A stretch of DNA of 64,000 nucleotides from Candidatus Kuenenbacteria bacterium (GCA_013202715.1 JABMRF010000007.1:8566-72565); one strand, 5' to 3'; positions 20,122-29,779 are shown, numbered from the stretch's first letter. Notes: generated by a model not told the origin, from the sequence alone. Numbers and translations are program-made.

Positions 20122-20300
20122 TGACTAGCGAATAGCGAATAGGGATTAGTGATTAGTTAAAAGCCTGTAGAAGGGGCTTTTTTGTTTGTCTTGACAAATA
20201 ATTAAAATTCGAGTAAGATGAATTGTTGAATGGTTCTTTTGACTGATCTCTCGACTGCGCCTTTTCGAGGGCTTCGCTCGAGATCTAGGAGGAGGTGAAC

Positions 20301-20621
20301 ATGTCTGAAAAATGGTTATTTGTGACCAGGCATATGTACGCACTTGTAAATGGTAAATTGAAATCTCGTCCCCGCATGACATCTTTTGGTACGGTTAGTG
20401 GTGAAGAATTGGAAGCAATTTTCGAAGAGCATGGTCTGGAAAAAGAGTCATCGGCATCTGATCCTGATACGGGAGAGCCGTTGTATTTACCCGAAGGAAC
20501 CAAGCTCGAAGAAGTGGATGGGAAATTGGTCATCACACTGGGCAGCGATGTGACAATGAAAGAAGGCGCTTGTATTTACGGGTTCAAAATCACTGAAGTT
20601 GACGGTCCTGAAGAAGATTAA
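20301..20621 (+). CDS. acidic orphan protein
   Basis: Promoter TTGACA 20191-17-TAAGAT, SD AGGAGGAGGTG, terminator ~20638-20664. Confidence 0.7.
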   Translation: MSEKWLFVTRHMYALVNGKLKSRPRMTSFGTVSGEELEAIFEEHGLEKESSASDPDTGEPLYLPEGTKLEEVDGKLVITLGSDVTMKEGACIYGFKITEVDGPEED

Positions 20622-20678
20622 ACTTGTTGATTGAAATAATCCTCGCCACGCGGGGATTTTTTTGTGGAACAAATTAGA

Positions 20679-20920
20679 GCCGTAGTAGGTTTTCTAAACG
20701 GGGGCTCCATAGTCCCTTTGAAGCTAGACCCGTCCTTTGAAATCGGGATAGGAAGAATGAATAGCGAAGAAGGGCTGTGGAGTCCTTTTTGGGATGTTAT
20801 AAAAGCGACTTGGAAGTTTTTTAAATATCTCCAACAGGACTCCACAGCCTGTTCTTCGTTTCACTTCGAACAGGACTATGGAGCCCTCATTAAAGTAATT
20901 CTCCGTTTAGTATTATCGGC
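20679..20920 (+). ncRNA. putative structured RNA or foldback DNA element, family unknown
   Basis: Nested inverted repeats: 20702-20715 with 20873-20886 (14/14), 20773-20786 with 20836-20849 (14/14), 20694-20701 with 20903-20910; G-U type pairs favour + strand. Confidence 0.6.
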
Positions 20921-20984
20921 CCCTTTTAGTAGATGAGGACTTGATAAATATACAGTTTTGTAGTACCATTGACTAGAAAAGCAT

Positions 20985-22112
20985 ATGTATAAACTAAACG
21001 CAAAAAAATCAAATTCTCGCCGTGGCGAGTTGACCACTAGAAAAGGGGTAATTCAAACCCCTTGTTTTATGCCGATTGCGACCAAGGGAGCAATTAAAAC
21101 TATTACTGCAGATGAGGTTCGCGAGTTGAGTCCGGACGTTATCCTTGGCAATACCTATCATTTGATGCTGAGACCTGGCTCAGATGAGATCAAGGACCTC
21201 GGAGGTCTGCATCGGTTTATGGACTGGGAAAAGCCGATTTTGACCGACTCAGGTGGCTTTCAGGTTTTTTCATTGGCCAAAATACGAAAAATCACTGCCG
21301 AAGGCGTTAAATTCAACTCACATATTAGCGGTAAAGAATTTTTTATGTCGCCGGAAGACTCAATAAAGATTCAAATGAATATCGGCTCAGACATTATGAT
21401 GGTTTTGGACGAATGTGTGGAATTGCCCGCTGAGCGTTCATATTTAGAAAAATCAGTTGATTTGACCACAGTTTGGGCGAAGCGTTGCAAGGATTTTCTT
21501 CTCAATCAACCAATCAACCAGTCAACCAATAAACCTTTGCTGTTCGGAATCGTACAAGGGGGACTGGAATCGGATTTGCGAAAGAAGAGCGCCAAAGATC
21601 TGGTTGAAATCGGATTTGACGGCTATGCGATTGGCGGACTTTCGGTCGGCGAAAGTGAACAAGAAATGTGTTCAACTTTGGATTTTACTTGTCCTGAACT
21701 GCCAGAAAACAGACCGCGATATCTAATGGGAGTTGGCTATCCTCATCAAATTGTTGAGGCTGTTAAACGTGGAATTGACATGTTTGATTGTGTGATCCCT
21801 ACCCGCGAAGCGCGGCACGGCCGTCTTTATCTCTGGAATGATTTATTTCTTGAATCTGATAGAAACATCCTTGATCTGGGCGAATTTAGCAAGGAATTCT
21901 ACAACACTATTAATATCAAAAATGAAGAGTATAAATTTGATTTAAAACCAATAAACTCAAACAGTAAATTCCCTGAACTGCAAAAATATTCCAAAGCTTA
22001 TTTGCGGCATCTGTTTGTTACGGAAGATCCATTGGCGCAGCGATTGTCAACTTTGAATAATTTGGAATTTTATTTGGGCTTAATGGAGAAAATCAGAAAA
22101 GATATTCAATAA
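20985..22112 (+). CDS. tgt: tRNA-guanine transglycosylase
   Basis: TPCFMP, GNTYHL, LTDSGGFQVFSL, GIVQGG, PRYLMGVG, DMFDCVIPTR. Confidence 0.97.
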   Translation: MYKLNAKKSNSRRGELTTRKGVIQTPCFMPIATKGAIKTITADEVRELSPDVILGNTYHLMLRPGSDEIKDLGGLHRFMDWEKPILTDSGGFQVFSLAKIRKITAEGVKFNSHISGKEFFMSPEDSIKIQMNIGSDIMMVLDECVELPAERSYLEKSVDLTTVWAKRCKDFLLNQPINQSTNKPLLFGIVQGGLESDLRKKSAKDLVEIGFDGYAIGGLSVGESEQEMCSTLDFTCPELPENRPRYLMGVGYPHQIVEAVKRGIDMFDCVIPTREARHGRLYLWNDLFLESDRNILDLGEFSKEFYNTINIKNEEYKFDLKPINSNSKFPELQKYSKAYLRHLFVTEDPLAQRLSTLNNLEFYLGLMEKIRKDIQ

Positions 22113-22230
22113 TAAAATTATTCAGCAAAAATACGTAATAAGCGTATTTTTTATTTGAGTGGTTTGACAAATAGCCTCAAATTGCTTAAGATCTATTATT
22201 AGTATAAATTGTTCTTTTCAGGAGGATTAA

Positions 22231-22662
22231 ATGGCTATTTATCTATATATGGCTTTGGGAGTTGCTTTACTGCTGATACTCTTAGCAATAGTGTTTCGGA
22301 ATTCAATAAAAAAACAATTGAATAGTGGAAAAGACAAAGAAGCAAAGGCTGAGCTTGCGCGGATGGCAGCCATTATTCAGGGATTGTGCCAAAAGGATCC
22401 CAAGTGGAAAAAAAAATGGCCAGCAGCTGGTCGTCTTCACACTTTTATCAATACCAGTATTTTGGAAAAATATAGAGCCAGCAAGGCCTATGTCCGTGAC
22501 AAAGTAGCCAATAGATATGGCTTGGAACATCATAAAGCCAAGATCATGCTGAACTATTATCGTAGTCGCTATCTCCCAGAAGCTGGACGGCTCTATGAAA
22601 AAGAAAAAGCCAAACAAGAAAGGTTAGCGCAAAGAGCTAAAGAAAGAGGAAAAAAGAAGTAA
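22231..22662 (+). CDS. basic orphan with N-terminal TM
   Basis: Promoter TTGACA 22164-17-TAAGAT, SD AGGAGG. Confidence 0.7.
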   Translation: MAIYLYMALGVALLLILLAIVFRNSIKKQLNSGKDKEAKAELARMAAIIQGLCQKDPKWKKKWPAAGRLHTFINTSILEKYRASKAYVRDKVANRYGLEHHKAKIMLNYYRSRYLPEAGRLYEKEKAKQERLAQRAKERGKKK

Positions 22663-22683
22663 ACAATTGTTAGGGAGGATAGC

Positions 22684-23379
22684 ATGAGTTTTAAATTCAA
22701 GGGCTTAGAGGGTTTTCAGGAAGAGATTCTCAATTACTTGAACGGAAAAGATTGGTGTTTATTGACTGATATTGTGAATACTGTTTTCAAAGACATTCAC
22801 ATAACAGCAGCATTAGTAACTGCAGAAAAGCGTCTTGAAGAATTGTGTGACAGGGGATTGGTAAGAAAGAGCGGAAAAGATAAATATATGATTTGTATTG
22901 ATCATGCTCGTCGGCTTGAGGTCAGAGTTGAACCGCAAGTAGTGAGATATCAGAATGATCCTCTTTCTCCAACCATAACAGCTCATCATGTTCTGGTTGA
23001 AGATGATCTCGGCCTTTTGCGCGAAATGCTGGCCAGGGAAAATGAAGTTGAGGCGTTCAAGCGTGGCTGTCAGGCAATGGCAAGTTTTTCCGGTGTGCAG
23101 TTGATTTTTGATCCGGAAACCTTTGATTATAAACAGATTTATGTTGCGCCAAAATGTGAAAAAGTTGAACTGCAAGTTGGGACCAAAATATTGGGTTCGC
23201 CTGAACTTGATTGTTTTCCGGAAATTGAAATTTATTTGGTTACAGTTTGCGATGATAATGGAGAATGGCAGGAAACATTTGGCTGTAGAAATGAGCTGAA
23301 TGCCTTTGTCCGCGGCTGCAAAGCTGTATGCTCATTTGCAGAAGTTCGCTTGGAAATAACACCGGAGTTTGAACGCTAA
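22684..23379 (+). CDS. orphan with possible N-terminal wHTH and duplicated domain
   Basis: SD GGGAGG; VEDDLG..NEVEAFKRGCQAMASF repeated as VCDDNG..NELNAFVRGCKAVCSF. Confidence 0.7.
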   Translation: MSFKFKGLEGFQEEILNYLNGKDWCLLTDIVNTVFKDIHITAALVTAEKRLEELCDRGLVRKSGKDKYMICIDHARRLEVRVEPQVVRYQNDPLSPTITAHHVLVEDDLGLLREMLARENEVEAFKRGCQAMASFSGVQLIFDPETFDYKQIYVAPKCEKVELQVGTKILGSPELDCFPEIEIYLVTVCDDNGEWQETFGCRNELNAFVRGCKAVCSFAEVRLEITPEFER

Positions 23380-23389
23380 GGAGGAAAAA

Positions 23390-23689
23390 ATGGCTATCAG
23401 TCCATCAGATGTAAATCCCCTGTCCCCGGAAGATTTGGCGATTGTGCTTCGTTGGGAGAGCGTTATTGACGCTGAGCTTTACAACGAAGAAGATCGCAGG
23501 AATAGTGGAACTGCTCGAATAAAGATTTTATACGAAGAAGGCGAGGAAATACAAGGAACATATATGGACAGATTCACGGAGTTGGAGCGCAGATATCGCA
23601 GGGCCGGTTGGCATGTTGAACGATCTGCTCGAGACTCTGGGCCGGCTTTGGCTATTTGCGTCAACGAACATTGGAAAGCAAATTGGTAA
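23390..23689 (+). CDS. orphan protein
   Basis: SD AAGGAGG before ATG 23390; terminator ~23696-23722. Confidence 0.65.
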   Translation: MAISPSDVNPLSPEDLAIVLRWESVIDAELYNEEDRRNSGTARIKILYEEGEEIQGTYMDRFTELERRYRRAGWHVERSARDSGPALAICVNEHWKANW

Positions 23690-23812
23690 AATGGTAATGC
23701 AGTTCAATGAGCTGCATTTTTTAATTGAAAAAATTGACATTTGCCAAATCAAGCGGATTTGCTATACTGGAAAAAGTAAGCATCTTAGCTAATTATCTAG
23801 TTACCTAAATCT

Positions 23813-24133
23813 ATGCAAGATGATAAATGGCATGATATTTTAGACAGAGTCAAAGAGCAGTTTGAGATTCAGATGCAGGAGACTGAGCCTCATTCTAATA
23901 TAGAACGCGGCCAGGTTGAAACCGTGATTTTTGAGTCGCCTATTGGTAGAATTAAACTGGTCAGAACGACTACGCCGAGAGTTCTTGATAAGAAAACAAT
24001 CTATTCAGCTCGCGCAGGTAGCGACATGAACGTTCAATATGAATATTCTAAAACAGAATATGTGCACGATTTAAAAATATTCAAATGGGATGATGTCCGG
24101 GACGACTGGGTAAATGCTCGTTTTGAAATATAA
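23813..24133 (+). CDS. conserved-looking hypothetical protein
   Basis: 106 aa; FESPIGRIKLVRTTTPRVLDKKTIYS resembles CPR-conserved hypotheticals. Confidence 0.7.
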   Translation: MQDDKWHDILDRVKEQFEIQMQETEPHSNIERGQVETVIFESPIGRIKLVRTTTPRVLDKKTIYSARAGSDMNVQYEYSKTEYVHDLKIFKWDDVRDDWVNARFEI

Positions 24134-24138
24134 TGAAT

Positions 24139-24224
24139 ACGTGATCTACTGATTTTCTACGTGATCTACTGATGCTAACTGTTTTTAACTCATGTAGATC
24201 AGTAGTAAATCACGTAGATCAAGT
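24139..24224. repeat. inverted repeat hairpin (acgtgatctact / gtagatca)
   Basis: acgtgatctactgattttctacgtgatctactga ... gtagatcagtagtaaatcacgtagatca. Confidence 0.75.
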
Positions 24225-24240
24225 ATTATTCAATATACTT

Positions 24241-25305
24241 ATGAACAGAATTTTAAAAGCAGGAGGAACAATTTTAATTTGTATGGCCGTGTTGCTTGCA
24301 ATTACGGGTTGTACACCAAAACCAGAAAAGGTTTTACAGAAAATGATTAAAAAAATGGCCGAGGTAAATTCATACGATCTCAATGTAAAGTTGGGGGTAC
24401 ATGGACAGTTCCCACAGCTAACAACTTTAAATCTCGAGGGAGCAAAACTTTTGCCAGGTGCAATAATTTTTGATCTTATGGGGCCGGTTGATTTAACAAA
24501 AGATTTAGCATACAAATTGAGTGGTAGTGCGAAATATCGTCTCCAAGATTCAGAGATCAAGTTTGTCGGCGATTTGCTATATCAAGGCAATACGCTCTTT
24601 CTAAAATTATCTGAAATCCCGGATTTAAAAATGGCTGACTTGACTGATTTAAAAAATAATTGGTACAAATTTGATTTTGATTCTTTTGCGCTTGCAAAAC
24701 AAATAACTGACCCGAAAGAAACCAAGGTTGATGAGCAGAAAAATAAAAAGCTTAGAAAATTAGTTCAGAAAATTAATTTTTTCGAGATTGTTTCTGATAA
24801 TGGTATTGATAATCTTGACGGGATAAGAACTTATCATTACAGCATAAAAGTAAATAAAGATGCAATGGATAAATTTTTTCACGAGGCAACAGAAATATTT
24901 GAAGAAAGAAAATTAACCGCCCTTGAAGAAAAAGAGCTTGATAAAAACTTGGAAAATTGGAGTCAGATAACCGGTCAGGTTTGGGTTGGAGAAAAGGATT
25001 ATTATTTATACCGAATTGAGCTTGGTACACAAGTGGAAAGTGAAGACTCAGGTACCACTCGATACGATATGGCATTAGATCTTCGGGATTTTAATAAAAA
25101 GTTTGAAATAAATGAACCGGAGAATGTGCGTGAATTTAACATGGCAGAAATCTTTATGCCTGGACTTGATTTAGCCTTGCCAGAAGCTGGAAGTGGGGAC
25201 ATTAACAGTGTTGAAGAAATGCTAAAAGGTATTGAGGGTGTAAGTGACGAAGAACTACAGAAAAAATTAGATGAATTGAAAATTGAATTAGATAAAGTTA
25301 AATAA
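24241..25305 (+). CDS. putative lipoprotein (LolA/LppX-like beta fold)
   Basis: Lipobox ITGC; GIRTYHY, VWVGEKDYYLYRI, DFNKKFEINEP patterns. Confidence 0.65.
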   Translation: MNRILKAGGTILICMAVLLAITGCTPKPEKVLQKMIKKMAEVNSYDLNVKLGVHGQFPQLTTLNLEGAKLLPGAIIFDLMGPVDLTKDLAYKLSGSAKYRLQDSEIKFVGDLLYQGNTLFLKLSEIPDLKMADLTDLKNNWYKFDFDSFALAKQITDPKETKVDEQKNKKLRKLVQKINFFEIVSDNGIDNLDGIRTYHYSIKVNKDAMDKFFHEATEIFEERKLTALEEKELDKNLENWSQITGQVWVGEKDYYLYRIELGTQVESEDSGTTRYDMALDLRDFNKKFEINEPENVREFNMAEIFMPGLDLALPEAGSGDINSVEEMLKGIEGVSDEELQKKLDELKIELDKVK

Positions 25306-25370
25306 ATTGTTAAATTGTTAGATTGTTATATTGTTAAAACAATTTAGCAATATGGCAATTTAGCAATATA
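25305..25370. repeat. inverted 8-mer repeat hairpin (attgtta / gcaat)
   Basis: attgttaaattgttagattgttatattgtt-aa-aacaatttagcaatatggcaatttagcaat. Confidence 0.8.
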
Positions 25371-25375
25371 ATTTT

Positions 25376-26137
25376 ATGTGGATTTACATTATCGGTGCGA
25401 TCGTTTTTGTGATCGTCATCAGTCTTCGTCAGATCAATGCTTACCAGCGTGGCGTCATGTTTACCATGGGTCGATTTACTGGTATCAAAAAAGCGGGTTG
25501 GCGAATCGTGTTCCCAGTTTTTCAGCAAATGACAAAGGTGGATATGCGTACCAAAGCTGTGGACGTGCCAGACCAGAAAGCAATTACAAAAGATAATATT
25601 TCAGTTGGCGTGAATGCCGTGATTTATTACAAAGTAGTTGATGCGGACAAAGCAGTTTTAGAAGTAGAAAATTTTTATTACGCGACTTCTCAATTGGCTC
25701 AGACAACAATGAGAAATGTTGTCGGTGAAGTTGAGCTCGATGACCTATTGAGTCAGAGGGAAAAGATTTCCGAGAAAATTAAACTGATTGTTGATAAAGC
25801 AACGGATCCATGGGGGATTAGAGTCGAAAATGTAGAACTAAAAGACGTATCTTTGCCAGAAAATATGGAGCGAACAATCGCCAAGCAGGCAGAGGCGGAA
25901 AGAGAAAAAAGAGCTGTCATTATCAAGGCTGAAGGTGAAGTTCAGGCAGCATCAAATATGGCTGCAGCTGCGAAAACATTAGCTGGATCGGTTGGAGCTC
26001 TTCATCTTCGAACTTTACAATCTCTAAACGATTTAAGTTCAGATCAGTCCAATACAGTTGTATTCGCCTTACCGATTGAGATATTGCGAGCGTTTGAAGG
26101 ATTTGCAGGTAAGATGAAAAAGGATATTGGTGAGTAA
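25376..26137 (+). CDS. SPFH/stomatin (slipin) family protein
   Basis: ITKDNISVGVNAV, QLAQTTMR, WGIRVENVELKD, QAEAERE. Confidence 0.93.
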   Translation: MWIYIIGAIVFVIVISLRQINAYQRGVMFTMGRFTGIKKAGWRIVFPVFQQMTKVDMRTKAVDVPDQKAITKDNISVGVNAVIYYKVVDADKAVLEVENFYYATSQLAQTTMRNVVGEVELDDLLSQREKISEKIKLIVDKATDPWGIRVENVELKDVSLPENMERTIAKQAEAEREKRAVIIKAEGEVQAASNMAAAAKTLAGSVGALHLRTLQSLNDLSSDQSNTVVFALPIEILRAFEGFAGKMKKDIGE

Positions 26138-26226
26138 ATTGAAATTTTATAGAAATAGGAAAGCGGGCTGGATGTTGTCCGCTTTTCAGTTTGAAAAATG
26201 ATGAAATTTTGCTATACTATTACAGC

Positions 26227-28161
26227 ATGTCGATCCTAATTAAACAAAAAAAACGAGTCAGAATTCATTCTGGCTTTTCCATGGCTTCAACAAAAAATAG
26301 ACGAGATTATCGCCTGGCTTTATTGATGTTGTTTTTTATTGTATTTGCTTTACTAATGCTTGGTCGACTATTCAAATTACAAATAATTGATCGTGATTAT
26401 TATCTAGCCCTAGCTTCTGGTCAGCATGAAATTTTCAAACAGTTGTATCCAGATAGGGGCACTATTTACGTAAAAGATAAGGAGGGAGATTTTACTAAGG
26501 GCGCTCAGAGTGTTTATCCTGTGGCAATCAATAAGAGTATGTATTTATTGTACGCAGTGCCACAAGATATTAGAGATCCAGAAACCGTACTTGGCGCCTT
26601 GAAAGAGGTTTTTGAGATAAAGGATGAAGTTTCAGCTGACGAAGTTGTACCTACGGAAGAAGTAGCAACTGAGGAGCAGACTGAAGAGGCAAAGCAATTG
26701 GAAGATATTGAGGGATTAAATCCGTTAACGGTTGATGAAGAAAATCAGTTGTTGGCTGAAGGATGGAAATATAAATTAAACAAAACAGATGACCCTTATG
26801 AGCCATTGAAGCATCTAGTCGACGAAAAGGAAATTGAAAAAATTAAAGCCTATAATCTGGAGGGAATATATTGGACAAAGGAGGTTTCCAGATATTATCC
26901 GGAAAAGAATATTGGTAGTCAGCTGATTGGTTTTGTCGGCAAACAGGCGGAAAATAACATGCTCAAGGGATATTATGGACTTGAGGGTTGCTATAACAAG
27001 GAATTAGGAGGAGATGCTGGATTTTTGCGTTCAGAATTGGACACTTTTGGACGCTGGATTGCCGTAGCTGGCAAAGATTTTAGGAAAGCTGAAGATGGTT
27101 ACAGTTTAGTTTTGACAATAGATAAGTCGATTCAATATTATGCTTGTGATCAATTGAACAAATTTGTTGTTCAGTTTGATGCTGAGGGCGGTAGTTTAAT
27201 CGCCATGGATCCGATAACTGGCGAAATTATGGCCATGTGTAATAATCCTGATTTTGATCCCAATCTTTATAATAAAGTTGAAGATATCAGTGTTTTTAAT
27301 AATTCCAGCCTATTGGCAAATTATGAACCCGGCTCAGTGTTTAAACCTCTCACTATGGCTGCGGCGCTTGACACTGGCAAGGTTGATCCATTTACAGGAT
27401 TTCAGGATACCGGTGAAGTGAAAATCGGACCACACACAATTAGAAATTCAGATTTCAAAGCCAATGGTTGGCAGACTATGACTGAGGTATTGGAAAAATC
27501 ATTAAATACGGGCGCAGTATTTGCTGCGCGACAAGTGGGACTTTCAGAATTCAAAAGATATATAGAAGGGTTTGGTTTTGGAGAAAAAACCAATGCTGGA
27601 TTGTGTAATGAGGGAAGCGGTGATCTTCGTTCATTGGATGAAAAAGGAGATATTTATTTGGCAACCGCCTCATTTGGTCAGGGAATAACAACAACCCCAA
27701 TTCAATTAGTTCGCGCCTATGCGGCAATTGCCAATGAAGGAAAACTTGTAGAACCCTACGTTGTTGATTCAATTGTAGATGACAAAGGAAATGTGATTCA
27801 AAAAACAGAACCAAAAGTTATTGGCCAGGTTATTTCACCTCAAACTGCAAGATTACTTGGCAGTATGTTGGTTTCAGTTGTAAAGTCCGGGCATGCGAAA
27901 AAAGCGGGAATCCCAGGATATCTAGCTGCCGGAAAAACCGGAACAGCGCAGGTGCCTGATCCAATAAAGGGAGGCTATAGCGACAAAACAATTCACACCT
28001 TCCTTGGTTTTGCACCGTATAATCAGCCCAAGTTTGCAATGATTGTTAAACTGGATAATCCAACTGCCGTAGAATTTGCTGCAGATTCTGCAACTCCACT
28101 ATTTAGTAAAGTAGGGAAGTTTATTCTTGATTATTATGAAGTTCCAACAGAAGTAAAGTAA
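26227..28161 (+). CDS. ftsI: class B penicillin-binding protein (FtsI/PBP2-type)
   Basis: RGTIY, RYYP, EPGSVFK (SxxK), SLN, GKTGT; dcw context. Confidence 0.88.
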   Translation: MSILIKQKKRVRIHSGFSMASTKNRRDYRLALLMLFFIVFALLMLGRLFKLQIIDRDYYLALASGQHEIFKQLYPDRGTIYVKDKEGDFTKGAQSVYPVAINKSMYLLYAVPQDIRDPETVLGALKEVFEIKDEVSADEVVPTEEVATEEQTEEAKQLEDIEGLNPLTVDEENQLLAEGWKYKLNKTDDPYEPLKHLVDEKEIEKIKAYNLEGIYWTKEVSRYYPEKNIGSQLIGFVGKQAENNMLKGYYGLEGCYNKELGGDAGFLRSELDTFGRWIAVAGKDFRKAEDGYSLVLTIDKSIQYYACDQLNKFVVQFDAEGGSLIAMDPITGEIMAMCNNPDFDPNLYNKVEDISVFNNSSLLANYEPGSVFKPLTMAAALDTGKVDPFTGFQDTGEVKIGPHTIRNSDFKANGWQTMTEVLEKSLNTGAVFAARQVGLSEFKRYIEGFGFGEKTNAGLCNEGSGDLRSLDEKGDIYLATASFGQGITTTPIQLVRAYAAIANEGKLVEPYVVDSIVDDKGNVIQKTEPKVIGQVISPQTARLLGSMLVSVVKSGHAKKAGIPGYLAAGKTGTAQVPDPIKGGYSDKTIHTFLGFAPYNQPKFAMIVKLDNPTAVEFAADSATPLFSKVGKFILDYYEVPTEVK

Positions 28162-28297
28162 AGATCAAGGAGCAAAGATCAAAGAGCAAAGTAGGCGTAA
28201 AGCATAAAGATAAAAGCATAAAGAAGTGGCTCATAGGAATCCTTCTTTAGTCTTTTTCCTTGCTCTTTTATCTTCCTTTGATCTTAGCCCCTTGATC
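28161..28297. repeat. inverted 7-mer repeat hairpin (caaaga / ctttg)
   Basis: aagatcaaggagcaaagatcaaagagcaaag..taaagcataaagataaaagcataaag ... ctttgatcttagccccttgatctttgccctt. Confidence 0.75.
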
Positions 28298-28328
28298 TTT
28301 GCCCTTAAAACTGCTATACTTACGAAAT

Positions 28329-29606
28329 ATGAAACAAATCCTAGAAAAATTATTAGCAATACTGGCTCGAGCGATTATTCGGAAATATAAACCGAAAGTA
28401 ATTGGAATTACCGGGTCAATGGGGAAGACTTCTGCCAAGGAGGCTGTTTTTTCGGTTCTAGAGAGCAAGTTTAATGTGCGCAAGAATATTAAAAACTATA
28501 ATAATGAAATTGGAGTTCCTCTCACTATTATCGGATTGGAAAGCGGTGGAAAATCCCCGATCAAATGGGGGATAGTCTTTGCAAGCGCACTGAAACAAAT
28601 TTTAATTAAAAATAAGAAATATCCAGAGATGCTTGTTTTGGAAATGGGGGCGGACAAGCCGGGAGATATTGAATACTTAGTGAAGATTTCTCCTTGTGAT
28701 ATCGGTGTTGTAACATCGATTGGCCCAGCTCATTTAGAGGAATTCAAAACTATAGAAAATATTGCTAAGGAAAAACAAAAGATTGTTACGCATTTGAATA
28801 AAAATAATACTGCAATTCTAAATCGTGATGATGAATTGGTCAAGAAAATGCATCAGAGAGTCAAAGCAAATATAATATATTTTGGTTATGATGAGGCTGC
28901 TAATATCCGCGCAATAGATATGCATCACCATGGAGAAGGGCTTGATCTCTCTGGAATAAAATTCAAAATAGCATTTGGTGGAAGTACAGTCCCGGTCATG
29001 GTACCAGGAGTCGTTGGTGCTCATCAGATCAATTCCGCTCTCATTGGCGCTGCGGTAGGTGTCGCTGTCGGGATGAATTTGATAGAAGTTTCTGAAGGAC
29101 TGAAGAATTACAAGTCCCCTAATGGCCGAATGAGTTTGGTTCCGGGCGCGAATAACACCCTTATCATTGATGACACTTATAATTCATCACCTCGCGCGGC
29201 TCATGCGGCTCTGGATACGCTTGATAAGCTCAATATTGAGCAGGTAGAGCGGAAGGTTGCTATTTTGGGGGATATGCTCGAGCTTGGCGATTATTCAGAC
29301 GAGGCGCACATTGAGCTTGGTAAAAAGGCGGTAGAGTCTGGAGTTGATCTTCTGATTTCTGTCGGAAAGTTCAGAGACTTAGTTTTACAGGGCGCAAAGG
29401 CTGCTGGGTTAAGTGAACAAAATATGTGTTCATTTGAAGATTCAATAAAAGCAACTGAACAAATAAATGAACTGATTAAAGCTAATGATTTGATACTTGT
29501 AAAAGGCTCTCAAGGGTCTCGAATGGAGCGAGTTGTGAAGAAATTGATGAAAGAGCCAGAAAAAGCTGAACAATTGCTGGTGCGGCAAGATGATAGCTGG
29601 AAATAA
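28329..29606 (+). CDS. murF: UDP-MurNAc-tripeptide--D-Ala-D-Ala ligase
   Basis: GITGSMGKT, NNEIGVP, LEMG, DDTYNSSP, GDMLELG, VKGSQ. Confidence 0.95.
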   Translation: MKQILEKLLAILARAIIRKYKPKVIGITGSMGKTSAKEAVFSVLESKFNVRKNIKNYNNEIGVPLTIIGLESGGKSPIKWGIVFASALKQILIKNKKYPEMLVLEMGADKPGDIEYLVKISPCDIGVVTSIGPAHLEEFKTIENIAKEKQKIVTHLNKNNTAILNRDDELVKKMHQRVKANIIYFGYDEAANIRAIDMHHHGEGLDLSGIKFKIAFGGSTVPVMVPGVVGAHQINSALIGAAVGVAVGMNLIEVSEGLKNYKSPNGRMSLVPGANNTLIIDDTYNSSPRAAHAALDTLDKLNIEQVERKVAILGDMLELGDYSDEAHIELGKKAVESGVDLLISVGKFRDLVLQGAKAAGLSEQNMCSFEDSIKATEQINELIKANDLILVKGSQGSRMERVVKKLMKEPEKAEQLLVRQDDSWK

Positions 29607-29681
29607 GGCCCCATCGTCTAGTGGTTAGGACGCATGGTTCTCATCCATGTAACCGGAGTTCGATTCTCCGTGGGGTCACCA
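29607..29681 (+). tRNA. tRNA-Glu (anticodon CTC)
   Basis: GGCCCCA/TGGGGTC acceptor stem, CATGG-TTCTCAT-CCATG anticodon arm, GTTCGA T-loop, encoded CCA. Confidence 0.95.
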
Positions 29682-29779
29682 CTTTAAAAATGAACAATGA
29701 ATAATGAATAATTCGCTCAATAGGTAGAAATATGGTGTAAAATTTGCCAGTTAAATGTTTTATGTTATAATGAATTTAT

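Noticed and set aside
20664-20936. 90-aa ORF (and antisense ORF 20618-20845)
   Set aside because: Starts within a terminator T tract with no RBS; the sequence is better explained by nested inverted repeats.
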